Assembly: GCA_038057845.1 (NCBI GenBank) | Contig: JBBUCK010000041.1 | Location: 1,042-65,041 of the forward strand | Length of the DNA stretch: 64,000 bases | Origin: Patescibacteria group bacterium | GTDB lineage: Bacteria; Patescibacteriota; Minisyncoccia; Phycocordibacterales; JAGLPS01 | Reading direction: 5' to 3' | Shown here: piece by piece, positions 18,957-28,772 of the stretch | Numbering within the stretch: position 1 is the stretch's first letter | Layout: the number at the start of each line of letters is the position of its first letter | The notes under the pieces: model-generated | Database searches by the model: none | What the model was told of the DNA's origin: nothing | The model's input: the letters and a program-made list of their open reading frames with translations, nothing else | Position numbers and translations under genes: made by a program

Positions 18957-21233
18957 TTATCTGAAATATACCTCCTCCACAAAAGTTTTTTTTGTTTCCG
19001 GAATATATAGAGTAAGATTTGAGATTTTTTCAGAAAGGGAATAAGTATAAAGTTGTAAAAGATTTGTTTCAATATGGTATAAACGCTTACCATCTTTTAC
19101 TATATAAGGAGTGTAATCGTCTACTCTTATTTTCCCCAATTTTTCCTCTATACCAAAATCATTCTTAAAAGATAAAGAAAGTACCAAGTTGCCTTTCGTG
19201 TCATCAGTGTAGAGAGAAAATCCGAGTGTGTTCTTTTTTTCTGGATCAAACTCTTTCTTTTGTATGACAATTTCTTTATTTTCATTCAGAGTGATTGATT
19301 GTGTGGATGTGTCCTGTACAACAACAGTCTCATAGCGCATTAAACTCAATGAGTTGTAGTAGGACCTTATAACAAGAGATTTCTTTAAGGCCTCTTTAAA
19401 TTCCTTGCTTGTTGAGGCACGGAGACTTGATACTGTAGTAACAATATGGGTTTTAGAATCTTGAGCCATCTCACTATTTTGTATAAGCTGTATCGGCATT
19501 TTCTTATTGAAAAAAACTAGGTAATTAGCAAGTGAAAATCCTGGCATTGGTTCAAATATGTTTTCACCAGAGAGATTTGGTATCAACAGAGGAGCCCCTT
19601 GTTTACTTAGTATAGATAGTTCCGACAATAAATTTTTATCCAAATTTATGATAGCTTCTTTTCTTAATTTCGCCTCTTCTGTAAGGCGGACAGCGTGGAA
19701 ACTAAAAGCTTGTTGAGCAGAAAAAATCACAATAACAATTGGTATTATAATTTTGACAGCGTAATCTTTTTTTGTTTTTAGCAATAAAGAAGCAAAGAGA
19801 GTTAAACATATAGAATAAAAATAAAATGGCATCCCAGTATATCTATAGTCAAAATCAGGAATTGCTTCATGGTTTGGTCTTGCTAAGATGACCATGGAGA
19901 TAGTGATAAACATACCTACCATCAAAAAAATAATAAATTTCCTTTCCCTATTCTCTGCGTACCTAAAAGCAAGCCAGAATAGTATCGCATTCACAGCTAA
20001 GATTATTATTTCTACAATCGGCCAAAGAGATTTCGCACTATCTCTTACTACAGGATGGGTTAAAATTTTCACTATATTCGGAGCAAATAGAGGTATGGAT
20101 ATCCCAGATGTGAAAAAAGACAAGAAGTTAGCTGTTAGGGGAGCTAATTTCCAATCCGCGTCTCTGTTCTCTAGTGAAGGAAACCCTTCTGTACCGTATC
20201 CTGATGAGGAGAGAAAAGTGTTTGGCTGTATGACAGTGAATGTGTAGATAAAGAAAATTGCAAAGGCAATAGTAATTCCACTGGTAAGCAATAACGGGGT
20301 TTTATTTTCTTTTAGAAAATTTCCCACATCCGTTTTCTTTATTTTAAATGTTTCATTTTTCATCCAGTAGGTACATATCATTAAGAAAAATATTGCAGGA
20401 AGAACCCATATTCCAGGCAAATCAATTGTAACTGCACAAATAATTGAAGCAGTAAAAAAGGCCATATATTTTTTTTCTTTTGTTTGTGCCCATGCTACAT
20501 ATGCCCATAATGCTATGGAGAAAAATAATATTATTTGCGTGTATGTAGACATAATATTAAAACCAGTAAGTATGTCAGCCCAGCCAGTTGCCCCGCTAAA
20601 GATTATTAAAAAGACAGTAAAGCTCAACATGCCAAGTCTCAATCTTTTAAAAGTAAGGAATGTAAAGAAGGGGATAAGCGCGAAAAGAATAAAAACAAAT
20701 CCGTTGTATACATTTTGATTTAGGCCGAACACGGAATCAATCGCTCTCATTTCTGCCATAAAAAGCGGCATCGTGTGGTCGTTGCCGTGTGGAATAAGTA
20801 ATGATTCTCGGAATGAAGTGGTGTGATTAATTCCTATTATTTCAAAATCATCCATATTGAAATAACCATTCATTATGTTTGGAGCGTGACTTGCAAAAGT
20901 AAATGCTATGCAGATTGCCAGAATGAGAATATTTTTCTTAGTGTTGCTCAGTGAGGTGTAAAAATGTCTCAGATATGATTGGACCTTGCTAAAATATTTA
21001 CCCAAAAGTAAAGAAGATAAAAAAGACATAAGAAGTATAACCATTGCTACAATGAGGCCGTTTTTTATACCGGTAAAATAAATTTGGGCGACAGGACCAA
21101 AGGTATTGAGCCGAGTTGTATCAAATTGTGTAACAATCGTTAGGGCGCATATAGATAACATAACGGCGCTGCTCAAAATGAAGAGATGTATATTACGCAA
21201 AATGAACCCAGTTAGGTTGTTTTTATTGTCCAT
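18957..21233 (-). CDS. Large polytopic membrane protein, probable GT-C-fold glycosyltransferase with C-terminal extracytoplasmic domain
   Basis: About 12-13 TM segments, early YFNMDDF acidic motif, NDHTMP, late RY motif; ATG 21233 (ORF track TTG 21242). Confidence 0.6.
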   Translation of the reverse strand: MDNKNNLTGFILRNIHLFILSSAVMLSICALTIVTQFDTTRLNTFGPVAQIYFTGIKNGLIVAMVILLMSFLSSLLLGKYFSKVQSYLRHFYTSLSNTKKNILILAICIAFTFASHAPNIMNGYFNMDDFEIIGINHTTSFRESLLIPHGNDHTMPLFMAEMRAIDSVFGLNQNVYNGFVFILFALIPFFTFLTFKRLRLGMLSFTVFLIIFSGATGWADILTGFNIMSTYTQIILFFSIALWAYVAWAQTKEKKYMAFFTASIICAVTIDLPGIWVLPAIFFLMICTYWMKNETFKIKKTDVGNFLKENKTPLLLTSGITIAFAIFFIYTFTVIQPNTFLSSSGYGTEGFPSLENRDADWKLAPLTANFLSFFTSGISIPLFAPNIVKILTHPVVRDSAKSLWPIVEIIILAVNAILFWLAFRYAENRERKFIIFLMVGMFITISMVILARPNHEAIPDFDYRYTGMPFYFYSICLTLFASLLLKTKKDYAVKIIIPIVIVIFSAQQAFSFHAVRLTEEAKLRKEAIINLDKNLLSELSILSKQGAPLLIPNLSGENIFEPMPGFSLANYLVFFNKKMPIQLIQNSEMAQDSKTHIVTTVSSLRASTSKEFKEALKKSLVIRSYYNSLSLMRYETVVVQDTSTQSITLNENKEIVIQKKEFDPEKKNTLGFSLYTDDTKGNLVLSLSFKNDFGIEEKLGKIRVDDYTPYIVKDGKRLYHIETNLLQLYTYSLSEKISNLTLYIPETKKTFVEEVYFR

Positions 21234-21442
21234 AGAATTCAATTTTAATTAGTTTTTCTTAGTCGAAATGCACAGAATGGCTCTTCCATTATAAAGTAAA
21301 AGAACTGAATATCCCACTTTGAGAGTCGATAACGATCTCGGTTTGTGGGAAGTGTTTTTCGACGCTCAAGGGGGTTCATTTTCGTTTGTTTTTTGTTGTA
21401 AATATGGTATCTTAACAAAATTGCTAGTATCTTTTAATTAAT

Positions 21443-22372
21443 ATGAAAATCTTGATTACAGGAGGCGGAGGATTTCAGGGAAGTCATTTAGCGGAATTTT
21501 TCCTACAAAATGGCCACAGTGTTTCGGTGCTAAATACGTATTCTGAAATTTCCCGCGCTAATCTGTCCAATGTTTTAGATAAAGTTAATCTTATTTGGGG
21601 AAGTGTAACTGACAAAGAAATTGTTGATAAAAGTGTGCGTGGCCATGATGTCGTTTTTCACATGGCCGCTCGCATTAATGTCGACGAGTCGCTTCAAGAC
21701 CCACTAGCCTTTTTTCAGGTGAATATTTTAGGCACTTATAATGTTCTTGAAGCAATTAGAAAATACAAAAATCGACTTATTCTGATTTCCACCTGCGAGG
21801 TATATGGGGATGGCCACACAATCAAAGAAGGGGAGAGGTTGAACGAAGGAGCAGAACTAAAACCAAATAGTCCTTATGCTGCATCTAAAGCTGCAGCTGA
21901 CAGAATTAGTTATTCTTATTTTAAATCGTTTGATTTGGACATAACCATTATCAGACCGTTTAATCTTTATGGTGAAAGGCAAAAAAGTGGTTTGTTCGGA
22001 GCACTCATTCCTATCATGGTTGGGAAAGCAATGCGTGGTGAAGACCTCACTGTTTTCGGCGATGGCAGTGCTAAGAGAGACTATTGCTATATAAGCGACA
22101 TAATAGAGGCATATAATCTAGTTTTCAATAGTAACCAACTTAAAGGTAAAACAATCAACTTTGCCAGTGGTCAAGATACAGCAGTTAAGGATATTGTAGA
22201 ACACATCGCCAAGAAATTTAACGTAAAAATAGTTCATGGTGAAGCCCGTAGGGGTGAGGTTATGCGTTTTCCAGCGGACATTTCTTTGGCCAAAAGTCTT
22301 GGGTTTTCACCTAAGGTTTCAATTTGGGAGGGAATTGATCGCTATATTGAGTGGGCTAAACAAAACAAGTAA
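21443..22372 (+). CDS. NAD-dependent nucleotide-sugar epimerase/dehydratase (extended SDR)
   Basis: ITGGGGFQGS, STCEVYG, SPYAASK, RPFNLYG. Confidence 0.88.
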   Translation: MKILITGGGGFQGSHLAEFFLQNGHSVSVLNTYSEISRANLSNVLDKVNLIWGSVTDKEIVDKSVRGHDVVFHMAARINVDESLQDPLAFFQVNILGTYNVLEAIRKYKNRLILISTCEVYGDGHTIKEGERLNEGAELKPNSPYAASKAAADRISYSYFKSFDLDITIIRPFNLYGERQKSGLFGALIPIMVGKAMRGEDLTVFGDGSAKRDYCYISDIIEAYNLVFNSNQLKGKTINFASGQDTAVKDIVEHIAKKFNVKIVHGEARRGEVMRFPADISLAKSLGFSPKVSIWEGIDRYIEWAKQNK

Positions 22373-22408
22373 ACTAACGGGGGGCTATGATATGTGGTTA
22401 AATTTTTG

Positions 22409-23329
22409 TTAGTAATGTACGACGCTTGAGTACTTGTTTTCAAAGAAGGCCACTTTGTCTTCGTAGTAGTCCCAGTCAATAGCCTCATTCTTGAATATTA
22501 TGTGAGGAACATCTCCATACCATGACGCGAATGCTCCAAAGCTCGAATCAGAGCCTAGGATACAGTCGGTCTTTGAGAGGATAAAAAGGTCTGTGACTGA
22601 ATTTTCCTTTGAGATATATATATTTAAATCTTTGAAAGCGCTTTCATTAATTGGTCCATCAGAGGTAATAAGAAAAGAGGTCTTGTCCGCAGTCATCTTT
22701 TTCTCAATCATGTATTCATGTACGATATCACGTATCCTTTTTTGGTCTATGAAGTATTTTCCCCCTTTAAATGTCTTATAATCTGCTTGGCGGATGTGAA
22801 TACCAATAACCTTTTCATTTTTTTGACGGAGTGAAGATATAATAGCATTTACTTTAATCTCTATTTCTTCAATTGGCGTGAAGACTTTGATGAGTTCATT
22901 CCTGAATTTTTTTAAGCCGATGGGGTTTCTCCAAAGCCAACCGAGAAAATATATCGTATCGCACAGATTTGAGGGCTCGAGAAGGTTTTGTGTCGGTGGG
23001 AGGTAAAACACTTCATTCTTCTTGTTTTCAGAAGAAAGGACACAGTGCGTATGGGTTTTTGCGATAAGTTTCGATATGAGTGAGTATTTGAGGCGAGCAA
23101 GTCTGTTTACAATATGGGCTCGTCTTCGGATTGTCCGAAAGAAGAACGAAAACCATTTCGTGAGTAAATCCTCTTGTGGAAGAAATCTGAAAAAAGAATG
23201 ATACTCGAAAAAAGAGGGGTTTTTTATTTCAACACCAATTAGAAGACTATAGGCATAGACGCTCATATAATTCCAAAGCTGATTAGCCAACTCTCCTCCG
23301 CCATGTTTGAGAATAACGATTTTTTTCAT
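22409..23329 (-). CDS. GT11-like (alpha-1,2-fucosyltransferase-like) glycosyltransferase
   Basis: GGELANQL, GIHIRQADY, DLFILS...SSFGAFASW; ATG 23329 overlaps the upstream TGA. Confidence 0.75.
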   Translation of the reverse strand: MKKIVILKHGGGELANQLWNYMSVYAYSLLIGVEIKNPSFFEYHSFFRFLPQEDLLTKWFSFFFRTIRRRAHIVNRLARLKYSLISKLIAKTHTHCVLSSENKKNEVFYLPPTQNLLEPSNLCDTIYFLGWLWRNPIGLKKFRNELIKVFTPIEEIEIKVNAIISSLRQKNEKVIGIHIRQADYKTFKGGKYFIDQKRIRDIVHEYMIEKKMTADKTSFLITSDGPINESAFKDLNIYISKENSVTDLFILSKTDCILGSDSSFGAFASWYGDVPHIIFKNEAIDWDYYEDKVAFFENKYSSVVHY

Positions 23330-24153
23330 ATGTTTTTTGGGCGAGCTTCTACAAAACATCGCCCGTCCTTCTCCTCTTTGAGAATCTCTAACTCATAGGA
23401 GAGCGAAGAAAAGAACAAGACAATATTGAACATATTGAGCATTGAATGGACTTCAAGAAGTATAAGTGGCCGATGTTTTCTTATTGTTTCTTCTGCGCCT
23501 TTAAGGACGAGTGATTCTGCACCCTCAACATCTATTTTGATAAGATCGGGAATTTCTAGTATTCCCAACTCTTTCTTAAAGAGATCAAGGGGCACTGTTT
23601 TTACTTTTATATCAGTAAATTTTCTTTGTCTGAAAGTTTCTCTGTCCCATATAGTATCAGCAGTATTAATAAAACTTCCAGAGCTTCTTCCACTCTCTAT
23701 GTCCTCACTCATACTGAATTCCTCAGTGCCCAAAACATCTGACACGGCAACATCAAAGATAGAAATAGTGTCTCTCATGTTATCATTCTTATCTCGTATG
23801 AACCTGAATCGCTCAATATTTTTTGGATTAGGTTCAAAGGCATATACTTTTCCTTTAGGTCCCACAAGTCGAGCAAAATAAAGAGAATGAAATCCTATAT
23901 GCGCTCCAATATCAAAAATAACTTTTCCTTGCAGCGTCTCAGCATTTAGGCGCTCAAAAAGAAACGTATCGTAGCTATTATTAAGAATCATTTTCTGCCA
24001 CGGACCCATAGGGTCAAAAAATATCTGTATGCCATCAACTGGTGTGTAGGTGAGAGTGTTCCATATTGGGGAGAATATTCTAGGTTTAACCAGAAGCTTC
24101 TTTAAGAACTCGTATAGGATCGGCGGGGTGATTTTTTTAATTAATTGCTTCAT
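23326..24153 (-). CDS. FkbM family methyltransferase
   Basis: FDIGAHIG, VYAFEP, LIKIDVEGAE. Confidence 0.9.
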   Translation of the reverse strand: MKQLIKKITPPILYEFLKKLLVKPRIFSPIWNTLTYTPVDGIQIFFDPMGPWQKMILNNSYDTFLFERLNAETLQGKVIFDIGAHIGFHSLYFARLVGPKGKVYAFEPNPKNIERFRFIRDKNDNMRDTISIFDVAVSDVLGTEEFSMSEDIESGRSSGSFINTADTIWDRETFRQRKFTDIKVKTVPLDLFKKELGILEIPDLIKIDVEGAESLVLKGAEETIRKHRPLILLEVHSMLNMFNIVLFFSSLSYELEILKEEKDGRCFVEARPKNI

Positions 24154-24905
24154 ATACTTTTTCTTTCGGCCAGATAATTGGTAGTGAATAAAAGTTCAGT
24201 AATTTTTTCAGAGTTTTTAATCTCATAGAGTCCGTCTTTTAGTACACGATAGATTTTATAGTCAGAAAGAAAATTAAATATATCCCTGAAATATGTTCGC
24301 GAATCTCTACTTGAAACACTAAATTCGAACTGAATGTATTTAATGTTTAGTAACATCTGCTCTGCGCCCCTAAGGCAAGCAAGTTCATTACCCTCAACAT
24401 CAAGTTTTAGCAAAGTAATATTTTTGATGCCATTCAATGTGCAAAAGCTGTCTATTGTTTGAATTTTCACCTTTTCACTTTCATTAAATCCATCATGAGG
24501 CTTAAAGAGAGAGCTTAATCCACTCCCATTATGAGGGTAGTAAAGAGTTGTTTCACCCTCAGTGTCTCCCAAAGCACTTTTTACTATAGTTACCTTCTCA
24601 CCAAGTTCTTTTTCAAGAATTTTATAATCTCTTAAACATGGCTCAAAAGCATATATCTTTGCCTTACCTTTTGTGAAATAAAATATTTCTTTAATGTAGT
24701 CTCCTCCTTGTGCACCGACGTCAAAAATAATAGGGGTCAGTTCTTTAGACAAAGCATATTTGGCGGTAAATAATTCCCCATTTTTATGGGGGCTACTTCC
24801 GCCTGTCCCAATGTTCATACCTTCTATTGAGATATCAAATAGTCTTCTAAAGAATGCCTGAAGCATTTTTTTCCCAAAGAATATTTTTTTAATTAAGTTG
24901 TTCAC
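24150..24905 (-). CDS. FkbM family methyltransferase
   Basis: FDVGAQGG, IYAFEP, LLKLDVEGNE, IQFEF. Confidence 0.9.
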   Translation of the reverse strand: MNNLIKKIFFGKKMLQAFFRRLFDISIEGMNIGTGGSSPHKNGELFTAKYALSKELTPIIFDVGAQGGDYIKEIFYFTKGKAKIYAFEPCLRDYKILEKELGEKVTIVKSALGDTEGETTLYYPHNGSGLSSLFKPHDGFNESEKVKIQTIDSFCTLNGIKNITLLKLDVEGNELACLRGAEQMLLNIKYIQFEFSVSSRDSRTYFRDIFNFLSDYKIYRVLKDGLYEIKNSEKITELLFTTNYLAERKSI

Positions 24906-24940
24906 GTTTTTGAAATTGTGACAGACTACTCAAAAAGAAC

Positions 24941-25846
24941 TCAAACAAGATAAGAAGAAGCCTGCTTTTTAAAGGGATTATTTTGTGTATCAAAGTCAAT
25001 ATACCATTCTCGTTTGTAGAAAGGGAAGAGAACAAAGAATAAAATTCGTGTAATGACACCCTTCGGGTTTAGCTTTAAGAAACGTCTCGATAAGAAGAAA
25101 AAAAGAACCCTCTTTTCGAGAATAAAATTATGGGGAGCTATTTTTTCCTGCTCGAGTTGATACGCACCAAATCTGGTGCTTAATTGTCCTTCGTGTTTAC
25201 GGAACACGCTTACACGCTTATTAAACGACCAGAGTGACGCATATTGGGCAAACGTAATCCAAAGCGCATAGTCGCCTGCAAAATGAAGGGAAGCGATATC
25301 TGGACAAGCTTTTTTCCACAAAGACCCCCTCCAGAAAACACTCTCTTGCTGAACAAAATATGCACTTCGTCCGTAGATACCTTTTTCAAGCCATGGGCGT
25401 CGGTAGAGTGAACATACTCCTTCCGATATAATATTTCCTTTTTCATCACACGTAGTATTGATACCTTTTGCCCATTCTACATCAGGGTAAGAAGTAAAAA
25501 TTGCATTGACAGTTGAAAAAGCTTTTGGGAGGTATGCATCATTTGCATTGATATAGGCGTAAATGTTCCCAGTAGCATGTGCAAATCCTTTTTCTATAGC
25601 ATCATACATACCCAAATCTTTTTCTGAAAACCACCGGAAGGTTATTTTCTTACAGCGAATAGGATATTGTCCTGCATTTATAATTTTTTCGTACGATTTT
25701 ACTATCTCAAGGGTTTTGTCGGTAGATAGGCCATCTTCAATAATATAATCAACCTCAAAATCTCCCTCTTGGGATAGTACACTCTCTATAGTTTCTTTTA
25801 TATACTCCTCTCCGTTGTATACAGGGGTGACAATACTCAATTTCAT
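24941..25846 (-). CDS. Glycosyltransferase family 2 (WcaE/PGL-like)
   Basis: SIVTPVYN, EDGLSTD, SEKDLGMYDAI, VQQESVFWR, AGDY. Confidence 0.88.
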   Translation of the reverse strand: MKLSIVTPVYNGEEYIKETIESVLSQEGDFEVDYIIEDGLSTDKTLEIVKSYEKIINAGQYPIRCKKITFRWFSEKDLGMYDAIEKGFAHATGNIYAYINANDAYLPKAFSTVNAIFTSYPDVEWAKGINTTCDEKGNIISEGVCSLYRRPWLEKGIYGRSAYFVQQESVFWRGSLWKKACPDIASLHFAGDYALWITFAQYASLWSFNKRVSVFRKHEGQLSTRFGAYQLEQEKIAPHNFILEKRVLFFFLSRRFLKLNPKGVITRILFFVLFPFYKREWYIDFDTQNNPFKKQASSYLV

Positions 25847-25866
25847 ATTAGGTTCTTTTAGAAGAT

Positions 25867-26646
25867 TTAACGGCGAAACTTTAGGGAATCTCCGCTTTTA
25901 GGAGTAGTCCATTCTCCCGATGAAGCAACAAATTTTATTGGTGCAGTAGAACATATAAATACAGAGTGGAAAGGTGAAATGTACCGTTCTTTCACTTCAA
26001 ATCCGGCACAGTTAAGCATTGATTCAAGGGAACTAGGAGTTAAGCCCCAAAACCAATTCCCATAACCACTTTCCGGCTCATACGCCCCCGTGATGGCCTT
26101 TTGACTACCTATTCCTCTATTCCAAATTTTTCTTTGTTCTTTATTAAGAAATGGGTAAAAAATAGCTCCATTTGAAACACCGTGCATTTCGGGAATAGAT
26201 GCAGTATTAAGTATCAGCGTTTCTTTACAGATAGATCGAAGGCGTGTGAGAAGATGAACAGGGTCAGGTGTATGATACAAAACCCCAGAACACAGCACAA
26301 TATCACAGATACCTATTTTCTCTGTTGTCTCTAAGAGATTAATGTCACCTTGTACGAATGTTACTTTAGAATTTCTTTTTTCTTTATCCTCTAGAAATTC
26401 TTTGCTCTCAGGGTATACATCAACAGCCATAACTCTTGTTGCCCCTACTTCCTCTGCGATAAAAGAATTAAGTCCATTTACTCCCCATAAGCAACCAATG
26501 TCAGCAAATGATTTTTCAGGCGCGTACGTTCTTACAAGCGAAACATTATCGGGGAGATCTCTATGTGGAATTAACGCATTGATTTTGCGCAGCACTCTTT
26601 TGATAAGTGGGTTGTTGAGAGCGAGTACTTTCCATGTATAAAACAT
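25867..26646 (-). CDS. Class I SAM-dependent methyltransferase (DUF1698/CmoB-like fold)
   Basis: FADIGCLWG, DIVLCSGVLYH, NWFWGLT. Confidence 0.75.
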   Translation of the reverse strand: MFYTWKVLALNNPLIKRVLRKINALIPHRDLPDNVSLVRTYAPEKSFADIGCLWGVNGLNSFIAEEVGATRVMAVDVYPESKEFLEDKEKRNSKVTFVQGDINLLETTEKIGICDIVLCSGVLYHTPDPVHLLTRLRSICKETLILNTASIPEMHGVSNGAIFYPFLNKEQRKIWNRGIGSQKAITGAYEPESGYGNWFWGLTPSSLESMLNCAGFEVKERYISPFHSVFICSTAPIKFVASSGEWTTPKSGDSLKFRR

Positions 26647-26739
26647 TTTGTAGAATTTCTAATTACTTTTTACTAAAATTTTTATCTGTTTCAACATTGT
26701 ACAACTTCCCTAAAAATTGTAAAACTTCAGTATTGTTGC

Positions 26740-27624
26740 TCAGGAAGGATGTTTTACTTCGCTTTTCGCGTGTGCTTCTACATACTCATCGATGCTATTG
26801 GTGTATCTCGGATTTTGTACTTTTACCTGCCACATATAGAGCGGAATAAAGAATACAAAACTATTTTTGAATGTTTCCGCAACTTGAAAATTGAAATCTT
26901 TGTCAGCACCTCGGCCCATAAATGATGGCCATACACGCTCCGAAAGTTTTCTAAATTTTACTTTTTCAATCACTTCTCGTTTGAAGAGGGGAGAGTTACC
27001 CGCACCTGGGTAATTTTCAAGTGACCCAAAAAAAAGTTTATTGATTATTTTCTTTCTTTTTATATAAAATGGCACTACTCCATTAAATGTTTTAGAAATT
27101 TTTGCAATAAATCCCTTTGACCTTTGAGACATTTGATACAATTCTTCAGGTAGTAGTGTTTTAATGTTTTCGAGATACGAGGATACTTCAAGATTTTTGC
27201 CAATATATTTTTCATCAAATTGAATCCAGTCAAGCGTGACGTGGTGTGCTCGGTACTTTTTTAGAAGTTCATATTGCACCTCAATTCGATTAAGAAAAGA
27301 AGCGTCATCTGCATCTTGAAAGGTAATTAATTCTCCCTGTGCTTCTCTAAAGCCTGCATTTCTTGCAGAAAACCCTGCATTAACGTTTCGGTTAAGTTTT
27401 GTGTCAAAACGATAGGGGTCATCTTCTCCTTCCACTAATTTTATTCTATTATCCTTGCTGGCAATGGCTTTGACAATATTTTTTGTATTATCAGTACTTG
27501 TATCATCAATGACAATAATTTCAAGATTTTTGTATGTCTGATTGGCGATTGAGTTAATTGCAATAGCAACAGTTTTTTCACAGTTGTAGACGGGGATAAT
27601 GACACTAATAAGAGGCTCACTCAT
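26740..27624 (-). CDS. Glycosyltransferase family 2
   Basis: LISVIIPVYN, IDDTSTD, ARNAG, FQDADD. Confidence 0.88.
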   Translation of the reverse strand: MSEPLISVIIPVYNCEKTVAIAINSIANQTYKNLEIIVIDDTSTDNTKNIVKAIASKDNRIKLVEGEDDPYRFDTKLNRNVNAGFSARNAGFREAQGELITFQDADDASFLNRIEVQYELLKKYRAHHVTLDWIQFDEKYIGKNLEVSSYLENIKTLLPEELYQMSQRSKGFIAKISKTFNGVVPFYIKRKKIINKLFFGSLENYPGAGNSPLFKREVIEKVKFRKLSERVWPSFMGRGADKDFNFQVAETFKNSFVFFIPLYMWQVKVQNPRYTNSIDEYVEAHAKSEVKHPS

Positions 27625-28772
27625 AATTTTAATATTTCTTCAATAAAATGCTTATAGGCCGTGCTGAATGATTCTCTTGTGTAGTGCTCTCGTGCGTACT
27701 TCCAGATTTTTTTTGAAAACTCCCGCACTTTTTCTTCTGGCATATTGGAAAATTCTTGTACCTTTTGCATGATAGATTCGGGAGTTGGATTTTCAAGTGG
27801 AATGTAGCCGGCAGTTTCTTGTATACCAGTCTCATGAGTGATGATAGGGATAAGTCCCGCATGCATTGCTTGAACTACTGCGCCGGATGATCCTTCACCG
27901 AAAGATGGGTACACAACGGCGGCACAAGTGTTAAGTATTGAAGCAAACTGTTCGCCCCCTACGTCTATTCTTCCGTATACGTGAATATTCGCTGTCTCCT
28001 CGAGTTCTTTTTTATATTCCTCAACAAAATCCTTTTCAGCATATATTGGTCCACATACATGAAGATGAAGATCAGGCGTTAGACTGAAAGCCTCAAGAGC
28101 AATGTCCAATCCCTTAAGTACTGCCCCACCCCCTCCTACCCATAAAAAATGTTTTCGTGCTTTTTCAAAATCCTTATCTTTGGGAAAATCAAATTGAACA
28201 ACAACTGAAATTGGGATAAAAAATATTGGTTTATTAAATTGTTTGAATGTATTAAATATAGTTTTATTACCAAATCCTTCTAGATAATCTGTAAGTTCAG
28301 CGTTTCGCGACGGGAGCATTTTTCGTCTAGGCAATAAACGGACACCACGTCTTTGTTCAAGCGCATCTAGCCTTGATTCCTCCGCATCGTTATACGCTTT
28401 CCAATGAGAAATAAGTATTGGAAACACCGTCTTACATTCTTTTGGTAAATGCGGCAAGAATCTCTCTAGGTTATTATCTGAATCAAAACATACAACGTAA
28501 GGTTTTTTTGGTATGAACGTGTGATTGCTCGCATTTATAATATCTACTGAATATCCCTTTTCGCTAAAAAGTCGTGCAATTTCATAACATTCCCATGTAT
28601 TAGTATGGAAATTTGAAAAAGATTCCCAAGGGGCTAATGTAAATGGTTCGGTGATGTAAGAGATGAGAATATCACCCTTTTTCCTCCCTTCTGCCTTCAT
28701 GTGAACAATCCCCCAAAGTTTGTTGGTAATTTTATTTTTATACGCCGAATAGATGTCTCTTAGTTTATTCAT
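27621..28772 (-). CDS. Glycosyltransferase family 4
   Basis: KGLDIALEAF, PSFGEG...AMHAGLIP. Confidence 0.82.
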   Translation of the reverse strand: MNKLRDIYSAYKNKITNKLWGIVHMKAEGRKKGDILISYITEPFTLAPWESFSNFHTNTWECYEIARLFSEKGYSVDIINASNHTFIPKKPYVVCFDSDNNLERFLPHLPKECKTVFPILISHWKAYNDAEESRLDALEQRRGVRLLPRRKMLPSRNAELTDYLEGFGNKTIFNTFKQFNKPIFFIPISVVVQFDFPKDKDFEKARKHFLWVGGGGAVLKGLDIALEAFSLTPDLHLHVCGPIYAEKDFVEEYKKELEETANIHVYGRIDVGGEQFASILNTCAAVVYPSFGEGSSGAVVQAMHAGLIPIITHETGIQETAGYIPLENPTPESIMQKVQEFSNMPEEKVREFSKKIWKYAREHYTRESFSTAYKHFIEEILKL

